Of a stretch of 64,000 bases of DNA, positions 9,370 through 20,274 are shown piece after piece (the stretch's first letter is position 1; each line of letters opens with the position of its first letter). The position numbers and the translations under genes are program-made. The DNA is from an uncultured Dictyoglomota bacterium (GTDB lineage Bacteria > Dictyoglomota > Dictyoglomia > Dictyoglomales > Dictyoglomaceae), in NCBI GenBank assembly GCA_964654465.1, contig CAZZIO010000032.1, positions 1 through 64,000 of the forward strand, given 5' to 3'. The notes beneath the pieces were generated by a model that was given only the letters and a program-made list of their open reading frames with translations, was not told where the DNA came from and did not search any database.

Positions 9370-10406
9370 ACATTATTACCTTCCTTTCTTTTAGGAATTA
9401 TAATTTCAAATTTTGTCCCTTCTCCAAGTTTACTTTCTACTTTTATACTCCACCCGTGTCTTTCAACCAACTTTTTGACAATAGAAAGCCCTAACCCTGA
9501 ACTAAATCCATCCTCATTAGTGCGAGATTTACTTACTCTATAAAATCTGTCAAATATTCTATCTATATCCTTTTCAGGAATTCCAATACCTGTATCTTGT
9601 ACCCATAAGTGTAAGTATTCATTTTTATCATTTACTCCTACCTCAATTTTCCCTCCAGAAGGGGTATACTTAACAGCATTTTCAATCAAATTAAATAAAA
9701 TAGTGTCTAAATACTGTGGATCTGCAAATATTACAATGTTCTCTGGTAAATTTATATTTACTTTTAAGTTCTTCTTAGAAATATGAGGACTAAGTCTATC
9801 TAAGACATTAATTACACTTTCATAGAGAGATACATCTTTAGGTTGAAGTTCCATAACACCAGCCTCTAATCTTGATAAATTAAGAAGATTACTTATTAGT
9901 TTTGACATTCTCTCTATTTCTCTTCTTAAATAAGGGAAAAATTCACTATATATTTCTTCAAGAGTAATCTTTTTTTCAGAGAAAAGATCTATTAATATCT
10001 GTATAGAAGTAAGCGGTGTCCTTAATTCATGAGATGCATTTCCTAAGAATTCCTTGAAGTTTTCCTCCATTTTTTGTATAGGAGTATAATCATTTATTAT
10101 TAACATCACTTCATTATTTTCCTTTAAATAATAGGCTTCGATTTCTAAAAATTTTCTTTCATTTCCCCAAAAATTGAGGGATATTTTATTATATTTTTGA
10201 TTTTCTAATGTTTTTCTAAATACATCATCTATTTCATAATCCGGTATTAATTCTATTAACTTTTTCCTTCTCGCTTTTTTCGGTATATCAAAAATTTCAG
10301 AAGCCTTCTTATTCACACATAGTACAGTACCATCCTTGTTAATGATAATTACCCCTATAGGAATATATTCTAAAAGAAAATTCCATCTTTCTTTTAACTT
10401 ATTTAT
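9366..10406 (-). CDS. PAS-domain sensor histidine kinase (PhoR/WalK-like, no TM helix); start uncertain
   Basis: H-box SHELRTPLT, N-box NLIENAVKY, DTGIGI, FYRV, GLGLSI; frame stays open upstream of GTG 10316 with PAS-like sequence as far as ATA 10406. Confidence 0.85.
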   Translation of the reverse strand: MNKLKERWNFLLEYIPIGVIIINKDGTVLCVNKKASEIFDIPKKARRKKLIELIPDYEIDDVFRKTLENQKYNKISLNFWGNERKFLEIEAYYLKENNEVMLIINDYTPIQKMEENFKEFLGNASHELRTPLTSIQILIDLFSEKKITLEEIYSEFFPYLRREIERMSKLISNLLNLSRLEAGVMELQPKDVSLYESVINVLDRLSPHISKKNLKVNINLPENIVIFADPQYLDTILFNLIENAVKYTPSGGKIEVGVNDKNEYLHLWVQDTGIGIPEKDIDRIFDRFYRVSKSRTNEDGFSSGLGLSIVKKLVERHGWSIKVESKLGEGTKFEIIIPKRKEGNNV

Positions 10407-11091
10407 TTTCGCTCGCCTCCTGGAATTTGTAACCTAAATTTCTAACTGTCACAATATATTTAGGGTGACTAGGATCATCCTCTACTTTTTCTCTTAACCA
10501 TCTTATATATACATCTACCGCTCGAGGTTCTCCCCAAAAGTTCTCTCCCCATATATGTTTTATAATCATATCCCTCGTCCACACTCTTCCAGGTGAAGAT
10601 ATTAATAGTTTTAATATTTCAAACTCTCTATATGAAAGATTAACTTCTTTTCCTTTCACTTTTACAGTTCTTTTGACTAAATCCATTTCAAAAGGTGGGG
10701 CAACGATTTTTTGACTTTTTAAAAGATCTGATTGATACCTTCTTAAAACAGCTTCTATCCTTGCAAGTAGTTCTTTTGCGCTAAAAGGCTTTGTAATATA
10801 ATCATCTGCTCCTATTTTTAAACCAAGAACTTTATCTACTTCCTCATCTTTGGCTGTTAACATTATAATTGGTACATTACTTACTTTTCTTATCTCTTTA
10901 CATACTTCCCATCCATCCTTTTCAGGTAACATTATATCAAGAAGCACTAAATCAGGATTGAAGAGCTTGAATTTGTTTAATGCTTCTACGCCATCATAAG
11001 CTGCTTCCACTTCATATCCCTCTTTTTTCAATAAAAGCGATAGAGAGCTTACTATACCCTTATCATCTTCCACTAGTAATATCTTTTTCAT
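10399..11091 (-). CDS. OmpR/PhoB family response regulator
   Basis: LLVEDD, LDIMLP, GADDYITKPF, winged helix VDVYIRWLREK. Confidence 0.93.
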   Translation of the reverse strand: MKKILLVEDDKGIVSSLSLLLKKEGYEVEAAYDGVEALNKFKLFNPDLVLLDIMLPEKDGWEVCKEIRKVSNVPIIMLTAKDEEVDKVLGLKIGADDYITKPFSAKELLARIEAVLRRYQSDLLKSQKIVAPPFEMDLVKRTVKVKGKEVNLSYREFEILKLLISSPGRVWTRDMIIKHIWGENFWGEPRAVDVYIRWLREKVEDDPSHPKYIVTVRNLGYKFQEASENK

Positions 11092-11801
11092 CCTCTCACC
11101 TCAAATTCTTTAGAGAATATTATTCTTCCTAACCTAAGAAGGTTAGATCCCTCTTCAATGGCTATTTCAAAATCTTCCGACATTCCCATTGATAGATACC
11201 TTAAGTTTAGGTTTTCCTTAACTTTTAAAACCTCCCAGATATTATAAAGACTTCTAAAAACCCTCCTTATTTCATCCTTATCTGTAGTCAAAGGACCTAT
11301 TGTCATAAGACCTTCTATTTTTAGGTATTCGTAACTCAATAATTCATTTAATGATTTCCAAAATTCATCCTCTTTAAATCCATATTTCGTCTTTTCTCCA
11401 GATAAGTTTAACTGAATTAATACCTTTACTACTTTGTTCTCACGTTGGGCTTCTTTATTTAAAGCTTTAGCAAGATCCAATCTATCTAAGGAATGAATCA
11501 AGTCAAATAATTTTAATGCTTTCTTTACCTTATTTGTTTGTAGATGACCCACTAAGTGCCATTCACATTCTAAATCTCCTGCTAATTCGTTTATTTTCTT
11601 TTCTGCTTCTTGCACTCTGTTTTCTCCAATTTTTCTAACTCCGACCTCATAAGCCTTTCTTATATAAGTTGATGGAAAACCCTTAGAAACTGCAACTACT
11701 TTAATTTCATCAGGATTTCTTCCCACTCTAAGAGCAGCTTTCTCTATCTTTTCTTTTACTTTTTCCCAATTTTCTTTAATAAAATTTAATTCGTTATCCA
11801 T
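11088..11801 (-). CDS. yggS: PLP homeostasis protein YggS/PROSC
   Basis: VAVSK, GENRVQE, WHLVGHLQTNK, LSMGMS. Confidence 0.93.
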   Translation of the reverse strand: MDNELNFIKENWEKVKEKIEKAALRVGRNPDEIKVVAVSKGFPSTYIRKAYEVGVRKIGENRVQEAEKKINELAGDLECEWHLVGHLQTNKVKKALKLFDLIHSLDRLDLAKALNKEAQRENKVVKVLIQLNLSGEKTKYGFKEDEFWKSLNELLSYEYLKIEGLMTIGPLTTDKDEIRRVFRSLYNIWEVLKVKENLNLRYLSMGMSEDFEIAIEEGSNLLRLGRIIFSKEFEVRG

Positions 11802-11807
11802 AAGAGA

Positions 11808-12719
11808 TTAATATATCTTTAGAATTTTTCCCTTAATAATCCTTTCTTTTAATATTATATTGTTAAATTCTAAAGGTAAAGTAGTTAATTTGTAAAAATT
11901 TTTTAAAAATTCAACTTTTAAGACTTTTGTTCTAATTAGATTTTTGGAAGGAAAATTTGTATCGATTATTACATATCTACCAGATTCTACCAAGCTTTTA
12001 GAAAAAAGTATTAAAGATTTAGGTGGTAACTCCCTTATCACACATAAAGGATCCCCCTTTTTTACTCTTTTTCCAGAAAAAGAAGTATATTTTACATTAT
12101 TGAGTTGTGAAAGTGATACCTCATTAAGATTTTTGTCTATTAAATTATCAATAAAAAAAGAAATATATCCAGATTTAATTGCAAAAATATAATTTTCTCC
12201 CTGAATCCTCTTTATCTCCTTCCGAATATTTTCTTCTAAAACCTTTATACTGTTAAAAATTTTTAATCTTTCTTCAGATACACTTTTAAGATATAAAAGA
12301 TCTTTATCTATTTCTTTGAAATCATTATTAAAAACTTTAATCCTGATTTCATCAATTTTCAAATTAATTTTATCGCCCAGTTTATTTATTTCTTCAAGTA
12401 GATCTATGTATCTTTTATCGTATAAAATATTCTGTTCTTTCCTTTTATTAACCGTATCCATATAACCAATTATTTGTCCTACTCTAACTTTCTCCATATC
12501 CTCTATACTTGTTCTAAAGATTCCATCAACTGGAGCTCTTATAAGACTTTCATCAAATTCAAAATATCCAATTATAGGAGGGATTCTATTAGACAGTAAA
12601 ACATAAATGAGAAAAACTATGAAAATTATAAAAATAATAAAAAATAATAAAACTCTTCTAAAAAGTCTTTTTCTATTCTTTCTTAATCTATAAAAACCTT
12701 CTTTATAAAAAGGATTCAT
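11808..12719 (-). CDS. Membrane-anchored HlyD-like (barrel-sandwich/coiled-coil) protein
   Basis: N-terminal TM, IRAPVDG..EKVRVGQIIG hybrid motif, coiled coil; sits upstream of yggS as in Clostridia. Confidence 0.6.
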   Translation of the reverse strand: MNPFYKEGFYRLRKNRKRLFRRVLLFFIIFIIFIVFLIYVLLSNRIPPIIGYFEFDESLIRAPVDGIFRTSIEDMEKVRVGQIIGYMDTVNKRKEQNILYDKRYIDLLEEINKLGDKINLKIDEIRIKVFNNDFKEIDKDLLYLKSVSEERLKIFNSIKVLEENIRKEIKRIQGENYIFAIKSGYISFFIDNLIDKNLNEVSLSQLNNVKYTSFSGKRVKKGDPLCVIRELPPKSLILFSKSLVESGRYVIIDTNFPSKNLIRTKVLKVEFLKNFYKLTTLPLEFNNIILKERIIKGKILKIY

Positions 12720-13429
12720 TTTAAAAATATATAGGCAATATTTCTTTCGGATGTTTTATTTCTCCTATAGGAGTAATAAGCATTGTTGCAATAGGTACAT
12801 ATATCAGATATATCAACATTTTCTTTTGGTATTTTCTCTTCTTCGAGTTGTTGCAAAAGAAGGGCTATAAGATCATATTTTACCTTTTCTTTTTCATATA
12901 TAAGGTATTTTCTATATTCCTTAGGCAACTGAGAAATAAAATCTTCCTTAACCTCAAAACAGCAAGAATGAATGCTTGGACCAACACCTATAAATATATC
13001 CTCAGAAGAGATATTATATCTATTCTTTAATTCGTATATTAATTTTTGGGGAAGTTTTTTAATTGTTCCTCTCCATCCAGAATGTGCCAAACCAATCAAT
13101 CTAATTTTAGGTATATAGACAAAAATTGGAATGCAATCTGCAAAAAACATAATAAGGGGATGTCTTCTTTCTTGGGTTAGTATAATATCAGTTTTATTTG
13201 CAATTTTTGGAAAAAAAGATACATTGCTAATTTTTGATACATATATATTATCTCCATGTACTTGTTCTGCTACAACCCATCTATTTGGAAATATCTTAAT
13301 CAAAGAAAGAAACCTTATATATGAAGGGATATGCTTAAGGGAGAAATAAAAAGGAAAAGAATATGGATCTGATACGAATCCATGGGATATTTCGTGAAAT
13401 TTATTCAAAAGTTTGGATTGCCAAATCAT
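12716..13429 (-). CDS. pgeF: Peptidoglycan editing factor PgeF/YfiH
   Basis: QVHG, ADCIP, HSGWRG, GPSIHSCCFEV, CTYC..YSYR; ATGA overlap favours start 13429. Confidence 0.9.
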   Translation of the reverse strand: MIWQSKLLNKFHEISHGFVSDPYSFPFYFSLKHIPSYIRFLSLIKIFPNRWVVAEQVHGDNIYVSKISNVSFFPKIANKTDIILTQERRHPLIMFFADCIPIFVYIPKIRLIGLAHSGWRGTIKKLPQKLIYELKNRYNISSEDIFIGVGPSIHSCCFEVKEDFISQLPKEYRKYLIYEKEKVKYDLIALLLQQLEEEKIPKENVDISDICTYCNNAYYSYRRNKTSERNIAYIFLK

Positions 13430-15123
13430 ATACACACCCCACAAGTCTTACAATAATTGTTACATGGCAAAGTAATAACTCCTTGATATGCCTTCTCCCT
13501 TTCTCTCCACAAATATTCTCTTTTAACTCCTGTATCTATAAAACTCCAAGGAAAAATTTCATCCTTTTCTTTTTCTTCTAAGTAATACTCTTTTAATAGA
13601 TTATCTTTTACAAGTTTCTTTAAAATTCTTAAACTATGAGGATCTTTTATATATTCTTTAAAAAATTCTTTCAATCTTCTATCTCCTCTACTTAAAACTC
13701 CTTGCCAAAAAACCCAAATGATATTTTCATCTTCCATTTTTGCATTATCCATTTTCCTAAGATTTTTTAATAGATAAGATCTAACTCTTTCAATATATTC
13801 AAGATCTGCCATTTTTTCCCATTGGAAAGGTGTATGGGGTTTAGGAATAAAGGTAGAAACACTTACACTTATCTCCATTTTTTTAACAATTCTTCTGATA
13901 TTCATTATTAAATCCAAAATCCCTTCAATATCTTCCCAAGTTTCAGTAGGTAATCCAATCATAAAATATAATTTTAAAGTTTTTATCCCATAATCCTTAA
14001 TTTTCCCACTAAAATTTAGGATATCATCATTAGTAAACTTTTTATTCAATACTTTTCTAAGCCTATCAGTACCTGCCTCTGGAGCTATAGTAATAGTTTT
14101 TTGATTAGTAATTTTTATAAGATCTAATATGTCTTCTGTAATATCTTCTAGTCTAAGAGATGAGAAAGATATAAGTATTTCACCTCTCACCACATAATCC
14201 TTAACATTTATCAGGCTTAAAGAGGGATCTATGGCAGGAACAATAAATCCTAATTTAGGTATATCCTCTTTATAAAACCAATTAACCTTTTCATATATTC
14301 TCTCTAGGGAAGAAACCCTATAGGGTCTATAGAAATAACCAGCCAAACAAAATCTACATTGATATTTACACCCTCTAACCAATTCACATAATGCCATATC
14401 AGAAAATACACCTTTGTTAGATGTTATAGGTGAAACCATGGGGTTATTGGAAAAATTTGAATAAATTCTTCTTCTTACTGGTAATTTTTGATCTCCCCAT
14501 ATTTTCTCTATTTTTTTACCGTTATATGTGAATTTGATAAATTTAGGTATATAAAAACCCTCATAATCTTTTACAGTATTTAAAAACCTTTCTTTTGTCC
14601 AACCGTTTTTTTTCTTTAATATTAAAGCTTCTGATAATTCTGAAACCATGTCTTCTCCTTCACCTATTAGTATTAGATCGAAAATCTCAGATATTGCCTC
14701 TGGATTGGAACTTAAAGCAATTCCCCCTCCAATTATTAGAGGATAACTGTCATCCCTTTCGTAACTATAAAGGGGGATTTTTTCCAAGTTTAAAATATAA
14801 ATTATATTAAAAAAATCCAGTTCAAAACTAACAGAAAAAAGCAAAACATCGAAGTCTCTTAATTCTCTAAATCCTTCAATTGAATAAACTCTAAAATCTT
14901 TTCTCTTTTTCCAATCTATAGGAATATACGCTCTTTCACATAAAATTCCTTGTTGCTCATTAAAAATATGATATAAACCTATATATCCTAAATTATTTAT
15001 GGATACATTATATGTGCTAGGGTATATAAATAATAATTTTACATCTCCACCCTTTTTACTTAACTTAAATCCTTTCTCACTGTTTAATACATCTAATATT
15101 TCTTTCTTTTGTTTCCAGTTCAA
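13426..15123 (-). CDS. B12-binding-type radical SAM protein (paralog of 5252-7042)
   Basis: [36 protein letters not shown]-terminal CxxxCxxCGVC. Confidence 0.88.
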   Translation of the reverse strand: MNWKQKKEILDVLNSEKGFKLSKKGGDVKLLFIYPSTYNVSINNLGYIGLYHIFNEQQGILCERAYIPIDWKKRKDFRVYSIEGFRELRDFDVLLFSVSFELDFFNIIYILNLEKIPLYSYERDDSYPLIIGGGIALSSNPEAISEIFDLILIGEGEDMVSELSEALILKKKNGWTKERFLNTVKDYEGFYIPKFIKFTYNGKKIEKIWGDQKLPVRRRIYSNFSNNPMVSPITSNKGVFSDMALCELVRGCKYQCRFCLAGYFYRPYRVSSLERIYEKVNWFYKEDIPKLGFIVPAIDPSLSLINVKDYVVRGEILISFSSLRLEDITEDILDLIKITNQKTITIAPEAGTDRLRKVLNKKFTNDDILNFSGKIKDYGIKTLKLYFMIGLPTETWEDIEGILDLIMNIRRIVKKMEISVSVSTFIPKPHTPFQWEKMADLEYIERVRSYLLKNLRKMDNAKMEDENIIWVFWQGVLSRGDRRLKEFFKEYIKDPHSLRILKKLVKDNLLKEYYLEEKEKDEIFPWSFIDTGVKREYLWREREKAYQGVITLPCNNYCKTCGVCI

Positions 15124-16190
15124 GAATATCTCTTTCTCCGTAAGATAGCAGGAATATCTAAATCATCTTCTGATATGTTAGTATAATCCTTCTTACTAGA
15201 ACTTTCTTCTATTTCCTCACCTTGATGATCAAAACCTGTGGCTATCAATGTAACTTTTATACTATCCTTCATATTCTCATCAATTACAGCACCAAACTTA
15301 ATATTAGCTTCTGGATCAACCTTAGGAGTAATAACTTCTGCAATTTCTTCTACTTCATGTAAGGATAAATCTAAGCCCCCTGTTACATTAAATATAACTC
15401 CTTTAGCTCCATTAATAGAGAAGTCTAAAAGAGGACTCTGTAAGGCATTCTGAGCTGCTTCTTTTGCTCTATTTTCACCTTTTCCTACTCCTATACCCAT
15501 GTAAGCTGTACCAGCCTTTGACATTATAGATTGTATATCAGCAAAATCTAAGTTTATCAATCCAGGAACAGTAATCAATTCTGTAATTCCTTGAACAGCT
15601 TGTTTTAAAACCTCATCGGCTTTCTTAAAAGCCTCAACTAAAGGCAATCTACTATCACCAAGTTTTAAAAGTTTATCATTAGGTATTATTAAAAGAGTAT
15701 CAACTTTATCCTTAAGTTTCTCTATTCCCTCCATAGCATTAACTCTTCTTTTTCTTCCTTCAAAAGTAAAAGGTAATGTGACCACAGCTACCACAAGTTT
15801 TGCAATTTCTTTTGCTATTTCAGCTATAACTGGAGAAGCTCCTGTTCCAGTACCTCCTCCCATTCCTGCAGTTATAAAGATCATATCTGCATCATCTAAG
15901 ATATCTTTCAAAATCTCTTTACTTTCTATAGCTGCTTTTTCCCCAATCTTAGGATCTCCACCAGCACCAAGACCTTGAGTCACTTGCTCCCCTATTTGGA
16001 TTTTATGAGGAGCTTTATTAAGATCAAGTACTTGAATATCGGTATTAACTGCAATAAACTCAACGCCATGAATTCCAGCTTCAATCATCCTATTAATGGC
16101 ATTACCACCACCACCCCCAACACCAATAACCTTAATTTTTGCCCTTATCTCTCCATTATCTAAGCTGTCTGTAAATCTTGATAAAGTCAA
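15120..16190 (-). CDS. ftsZ: Cell division protein FtsZ
   Basis: [16 protein letters not shown] tubulin motif, NLDFAD, C-terminal LDIPAIL. Confidence 0.98.
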   Translation of the reverse strand: MTLSRFTDSLDNGEIRAKIKVIGVGGGGGNAINRMIEAGIHGVEFIAVNTDIQVLDLNKAPHKIQIGEQVTQGLGAGGDPKIGEKAAIESKEILKDILDDADMIFITAGMGGGTGTGASPVIAEIAKEIAKLVVAVVTLPFTFEGRKRRVNAMEGIEKLKDKVDTLLIIPNDKLLKLGDSRLPLVEAFKKADEVLKQAVQGITELITVPGLINLDFADIQSIMSKAGTAYMGIGVGKGENRAKEAAQNALQSPLLDFSINGAKGVIFNVTGGLDLSLHEVEEIAEVITPKVDPEANIKFGAVIDENMKDSIKVTLIATGFDHQGEEIEESSSKKDYTNISEDDLDIPAILRRKRYS

Positions 16191-16217
16191 TTTCTAACAC
16201 CACCTTCCCCTAATTCT

Positions 16218-17429
16218 TTACTCTTTAAAAGGTCTAAATATATTGTTAAATGTTTCTTTTAAATAGTCAAGAAGTTTTTTGTTTTTGTCTTCAAAAGAAA
16301 TAGTCTTCAAAAAACTCTCTAAAGCCCCTACTGCAGAAGAGTAAAATACAGCATCTTTTTCTCCCAGAAAACTTCTCATTTGAGAAGGGGCACTTATTCT
16401 GACCGGTACTTTTAAATAATTACTTGCAAATTCATCTATACCATCTAAGAGAGCAGTACCACCTGTAAGCACGATACCTCCTGGAATAATTTCTAAGGGA
16501 GAATTTAGTTCTTCTAGTTTTTTTTGTATAAATTCTAAAATCTCTTCTACGCGAGGTTGTATGATCTCTCTAACTTGAGACTTTGATACTCTAATTTTTC
16601 TTTCTTGTAATGATGTAACTTCTAACGTTTCTTCTTCTTCATCTTTTAAAGTTCCTAATATTTTTTTAACCTTTTCTGCTTCTTCGGTAGAAATTCTTAG
16701 CGTAATAGCCAAATCTCTTGTTATTCTTTCCCCACCTAATTTTAATATACCAATACTATGAAGACAACCTTCTCTATAAATAGCAAGATTAGTTAAATCT
16801 CCTCCAATATCTACCATTACTACTCCTAATTTTTTTTCTTCTTGAGTAAGAACTGCTTCTGCTGCTGCTATCTCTTGAGGAACAAATCCTTCAATATTCA
16901 CTTCTGCTTTTTCCAAAGTATTGATAATATTTCTAAGTTGAATTTTATCATGAGTTACTAATAACAAATCAGATTCTAAGCGAGTACCCATCATGCCTAC
17001 TGGATTTACAATTCCATCTTGGCCATCTAATCTAAATCCCCTAACTACATGATATATAATTTCCCTATCCGGAGGAATAGAGGTTGCTTTTGCTGCATCA
17101 ATCGCCCTTTCAACATCCTTTTCCGTAACTTCTTGTTCTCTGCTTTTTACTATAATCATGCCTCTGCTTGGAATAGCTGTTACTTTTTCTCCACTAATTG
17201 CTGCATATAATCTTGATATGTTCTTTATTCCTGCAATTCTTATAGCCTTATTTAATGCATCTTTTATACTATTACTTGCCTCTTGAATATCAACTATAAC
17301 TCCATATTTTATTCCCTTAGAAGGTGAAATAGCAAAACCGATTATTTCAATGTTTTTTTCTAAAACATTTCCTACCACAACCGCTATTTTTGTAGAACCT
17401 AAATCTATAGCCCCAACAGTATCGGCCAT
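16218..17429 (-). CDS. ftsA: Cell division protein FtsA
   Basis: IDLGSTKI, VDIGG, VLTGGTA; directly upstream of ftsZ. Confidence 0.95.
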   Translation of the reverse strand: MADTVGAIDLGSTKIAVVVGNVLEKNIEIIGFAISPSKGIKYGVIVDIQEASNSIKDALNKAIRIAGIKNISRLYAAISGEKVTAIPSRGMIIVKSREQEVTEKDVERAIDAAKATSIPPDREIIYHVVRGFRLDGQDGIVNPVGMMGTRLESDLLLVTHDKIQLRNIINTLEKAEVNIEGFVPQEIAAAEAVLTQEEKKLGVVMVDIGGDLTNLAIYREGCLHSIGILKLGGERITRDLAITLRISTEEAEKVKKILGTLKDEEEETLEVTSLQERKIRVSKSQVREIIQPRVEEILEFIQKKLEELNSPLEIIPGGIVLTGGTALLDGIDEFASNYLKVPVRISAPSQMRSFLGEKDAVFYSSAVGALESFLKTISFEDKNKKLLDYLKETFNNIFRPFKE

Positions 17430-18008
17430 CTATATTCCTCCAATAAAAGGAATCCTAAACCTGAAATCTAAACTTTTGTTTTCTATACCCATCTTCTTGA
17501 CAATTTCTTTAAATGTTTCAATTTTCTCTTTAAAGTTATCATTAGAAAATTTTAATAAAAAATTATTTCCATAAATCTCAAAATAATTTTTATAAAAAAC
17601 TATTTTTTTTATATTTAGATCTTTAAAGGCTTCTAATATTGTTCTAATAAGTTGAATATTCTTTGTACCTTCTATCTTTATTGTACCATCAAAAGATTTA
17701 AATTTCTTCATCTCTTTAAGTTTTTGATTATAAAAAAATTTTATACTGTCATAGTCTACCTCAAGAAGAGTCACCTCAGGTTCCCAATTAATCTTTACAC
17801 CCCAAGGAAGGTAATTTATATCTTTTATTATTATTTCATGCTTTTTCTCAATTAGGTCGATTTTTCTATTTAAAAAAAGAATATTATTAAATTTAAAAAT
17901 TTGACAAATATCCTCTTTAATTTTCGTATCACCATCATTTGTTATTACGTATAAGATCCACGTAGACGAAAAGATTATTATTAAAATTAAGACAAGAAAT
18001 TTTCTCAT
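17430..18008 (-). CDS. Short, divergent FtsQ/DivIB-like protein
   Basis: N-terminal TM, YLPWGVKI, C-terminal LDFRF; lies between murB and ftsA. Confidence 0.6.
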   Translation of the reverse strand: MRKFLVLILIIIFSSTWILYVITNDGDTKIKEDICQIFKFNNILFLNRKIDLIEKKHEIIIKDINYLPWGVKINWEPEVTLLEVDYDSIKFFYNQKLKEMKKFKSFDGTIKIEGTKNIQLIRTILEAFKDLNIKKIVFYKNYFEIYGNNFLLKFSNDNFKEKIETFKEIVKKMGIENKSLDFRFRIPFIGGI

Positions 18009-18012
18009 AATT

Positions 18013-18909
18013 TTACCAAATCCTAATCTCAGGTTCTAACTCTATACCATACTCCTTCTTCACTTCTTCCTTAATTAAACTTATCAAAGAAATAACATCC
18101 TTATATTTAGCGTGGCCTAAATTAATAATCACATTAGCGTGTTCATAAGATACCATAGCATCTCCAATTCTTTTTCCTTTTAAACCAAGTCTTTCTATAA
18201 AAACTCCTGCTGGCCCTTGAGGAGGATTTTTAAAAACGCTTCCTGCAGAGGGATATTTAGGTAACCTTTTACTTCTTTCTTTTAAGTATTTTTTAGCTTG
18301 TTCTATAGAAATATCTTTATCTTTTTTTTCAAATCTTACCAATACAGATTTAACAATATACTCTTTTGGAATATTAGAATTCCTATAAGAGAAATGTAAA
18401 TCCTTTTTATCTATATATTTTACACTTAAAGAATTATCTATAACATATAATCCTTCTATATAATCTCCAATAGCCTTTCTCCACGCTCCTGCATTTCCTG
18501 TTACAGCCCCACCAATGGTTCCTGGAATTCCCATTAAAAATTCTAATCCACCTAATTCGTTTTGCCATCCAAAATACAACAATTCTGAAATCAAACATCC
18601 ACTCTCAGCCTCAACTATTAAAGAATCTATTCTTTTAACATTACCAAGGTTTTTACATATTTTTATCACTGCTCCTTTTATACCCTCATCAGAAATCAGC
18701 ACATTAGTTCCTGCTCCTAAAATCTTTGTAGGAATTTCTTTTTCTTTAAGCTCAGACAATATATAAATAAGTTCATCCCATGAATAAGGAATAATAAATA
18801 AATCTGCTTTTCCACCTATTTTAAAAGATGTATAAGGAGCCAGATCATGTTGTGAAAGTATTCTACTCTTAAGTTTCTCATTATTGATGATATTCAACCT
18901 TACTTTCAC
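18013..18909 (-). CDS. murB: UDP-N-acetylmuramate dehydrogenase
   Basis: [41 protein letters not shown]. Confidence 0.95.
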   Translation of the reverse strand: MKVRLNIINNEKLKSRILSQHDLAPYTSFKIGGKADLFIIPYSWDELIYILSELKEKEIPTKILGAGTNVLISDEGIKGAVIKICKNLGNVKRIDSLIVEAESGCLISELLYFGWQNELGGLEFLMGIPGTIGGAVTGNAGAWRKAIGDYIEGLYVIDNSLSVKYIDKKDLHFSYRNSNIPKEYIVKSVLVRFEKKDKDISIEQAKKYLKERSKRLPKYPSAGSVFKNPPQGPAGVFIERLGLKGKRIGDAMVSYEHANVIINLGHAKYKDVISLISLIKEEVKKEYGIELEPEIRIW

Positions 18910-20272
18910 TCCTCAATTTAGCAAGTAGTACTTCTCCTACTTTCCAAACGTTTCCTGCTCCTATTGTCAATAATATATCTCCATCTCTTAATATGTCTAA
19001 TGCTGTAGAAGCTGCATCGGTTAAATTTTCTACATAGTATATATTAAAATCTGGCCTTTTTCCCTTAATTTCTTCATATATTTTTTTAGCCGAAACTCCT
19101 AATATAGGTTTTTCACCAGCAGAATAAATCTCTGTCAAGATGACTACATCAGCTAAGGTTAATGCTTCTGCTATGTCTCTATAAAGATAGAAAGTACGTG
19201 TATATCTATGAGGTTGAAAAACTACTACTATTCTTCTGTTATAAAGCTTAAGAGTTAATAAAGTTGCTTTTATCTCTGTGGGATGATGTCCATAGTCATC
19301 AAAAATTAAAACATTATTTTCTAATATACCTTTTAGTTGTATTCTTCTTTGCACACCATTAAATTTTTCTAATGCTTTGATTGTTAGATCTATATCTAAT
19401 CCAAGTATTTTAGCTGTAGCTAATGCAGAAAGAGAGTTTAATACATTATGTTTACCTGGTATTTTTAATTTAACCTTACCTATTTCCTCTCCCCTGAAAT
19501 AAGCCACATATTCAGATCCATATGGTGTAATATTTATAATATTAGCGGTAAAATCTGCGTTATCAAAGCCATAGGTATAAAATTCTTTATTAATATAGGG
19601 TATGATAGATTTTATATTATCGCATTCTGAACATAATAGAACCTTTCCATTTTGGGGTATTTTATCTATTACATTAAGAAATGTTTCTTTTATCTTACCT
19701 AAGTCTTTATAATAATCTAAATGATCATTATCTATATTAGTGACCACAAGAATAAATGGAAAAAGTTTTAAAATAGAACCATCACTTTCATCTCCTTCTG
19801 CCACCAAATAATCTCCATTCCCAAGTTTTGCATTTCCACCTATATCTTCTACTTCCCCACCCACAATAATTGTTGGATCTACCCTATTATTTTCAAGAAC
19901 AAGCCCTATTAAAGAAGTGGTTGTTGTTTTTCCATGAGTCCCGCTGACAATAATAGACTTTTTTTCTTTAGTTAGTTCTCCTAAAAGTTCACTACGATGT
20001 AATATGGGGATATTTTTTTCTTTTGCAGCTAAATACTCCTCGTTTTCGGGAGGAATAGCTGAAGAGACTATAACTACATCCACACCTTTGAGATTTTTCT
20101 TATGATGTCCATTATATATTTTTACACCCTTTGCTTTTAATCTTATTGTAGAAATATTTTCTTGTATATCAGATCCTGATACTTCATAACCTTTTTCTGC
20201 AAAAATGTATGCAAGAGCACTCATACCTGTACCAGCAATACCAATAAAATGAATCCTCTTATAATTAAACAA
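18881..20272 (-). CDS. murC: UDP-N-acetylmuramate--L-alanine ligase
   Basis: [40 protein letters not shown] 20272 follows GGAGG. Confidence 0.96.
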   Translation of the reverse strand: MFNYKRIHFIGIAGTGMSALAYIFAEKGYEVSGSDIQENISTIRLKAKGVKIYNGHHKKNLKGVDVVIVSSAIPPENEEYLAAKEKNIPILHRSELLGELTKEKKSIIVSGTHGKTTTTSLIGLVLENNRVDPTIIVGGEVEDIGGNAKLGNGDYLVAEGDESDGSILKLFPFILVVTNIDNDHLDYYKDLGKIKETFLNVIDKIPQNGKVLLCSECDNIKSIIPYINKEFYTYGFDNADFTANIINITPYGSEYVAYFRGEEIGKVKLKIPGKHNVLNSLSALATAKILGLDIDLTIKALEKFNGVQRRIQLKGILENNVLIFDDYGHHPTEIKATLLTLKLYNRRIVVVFQPHRYTRTFYLYRDIAEALTLADVVILTEIYSAGEKPILGVSAKKIYEEIKGKRPDFNIYYVENLTDAASTALDILRDGDILLTIGAGNVWKVGEVLLAKLRSESKVEYHQ

Positions 20273-20274
20273 AT

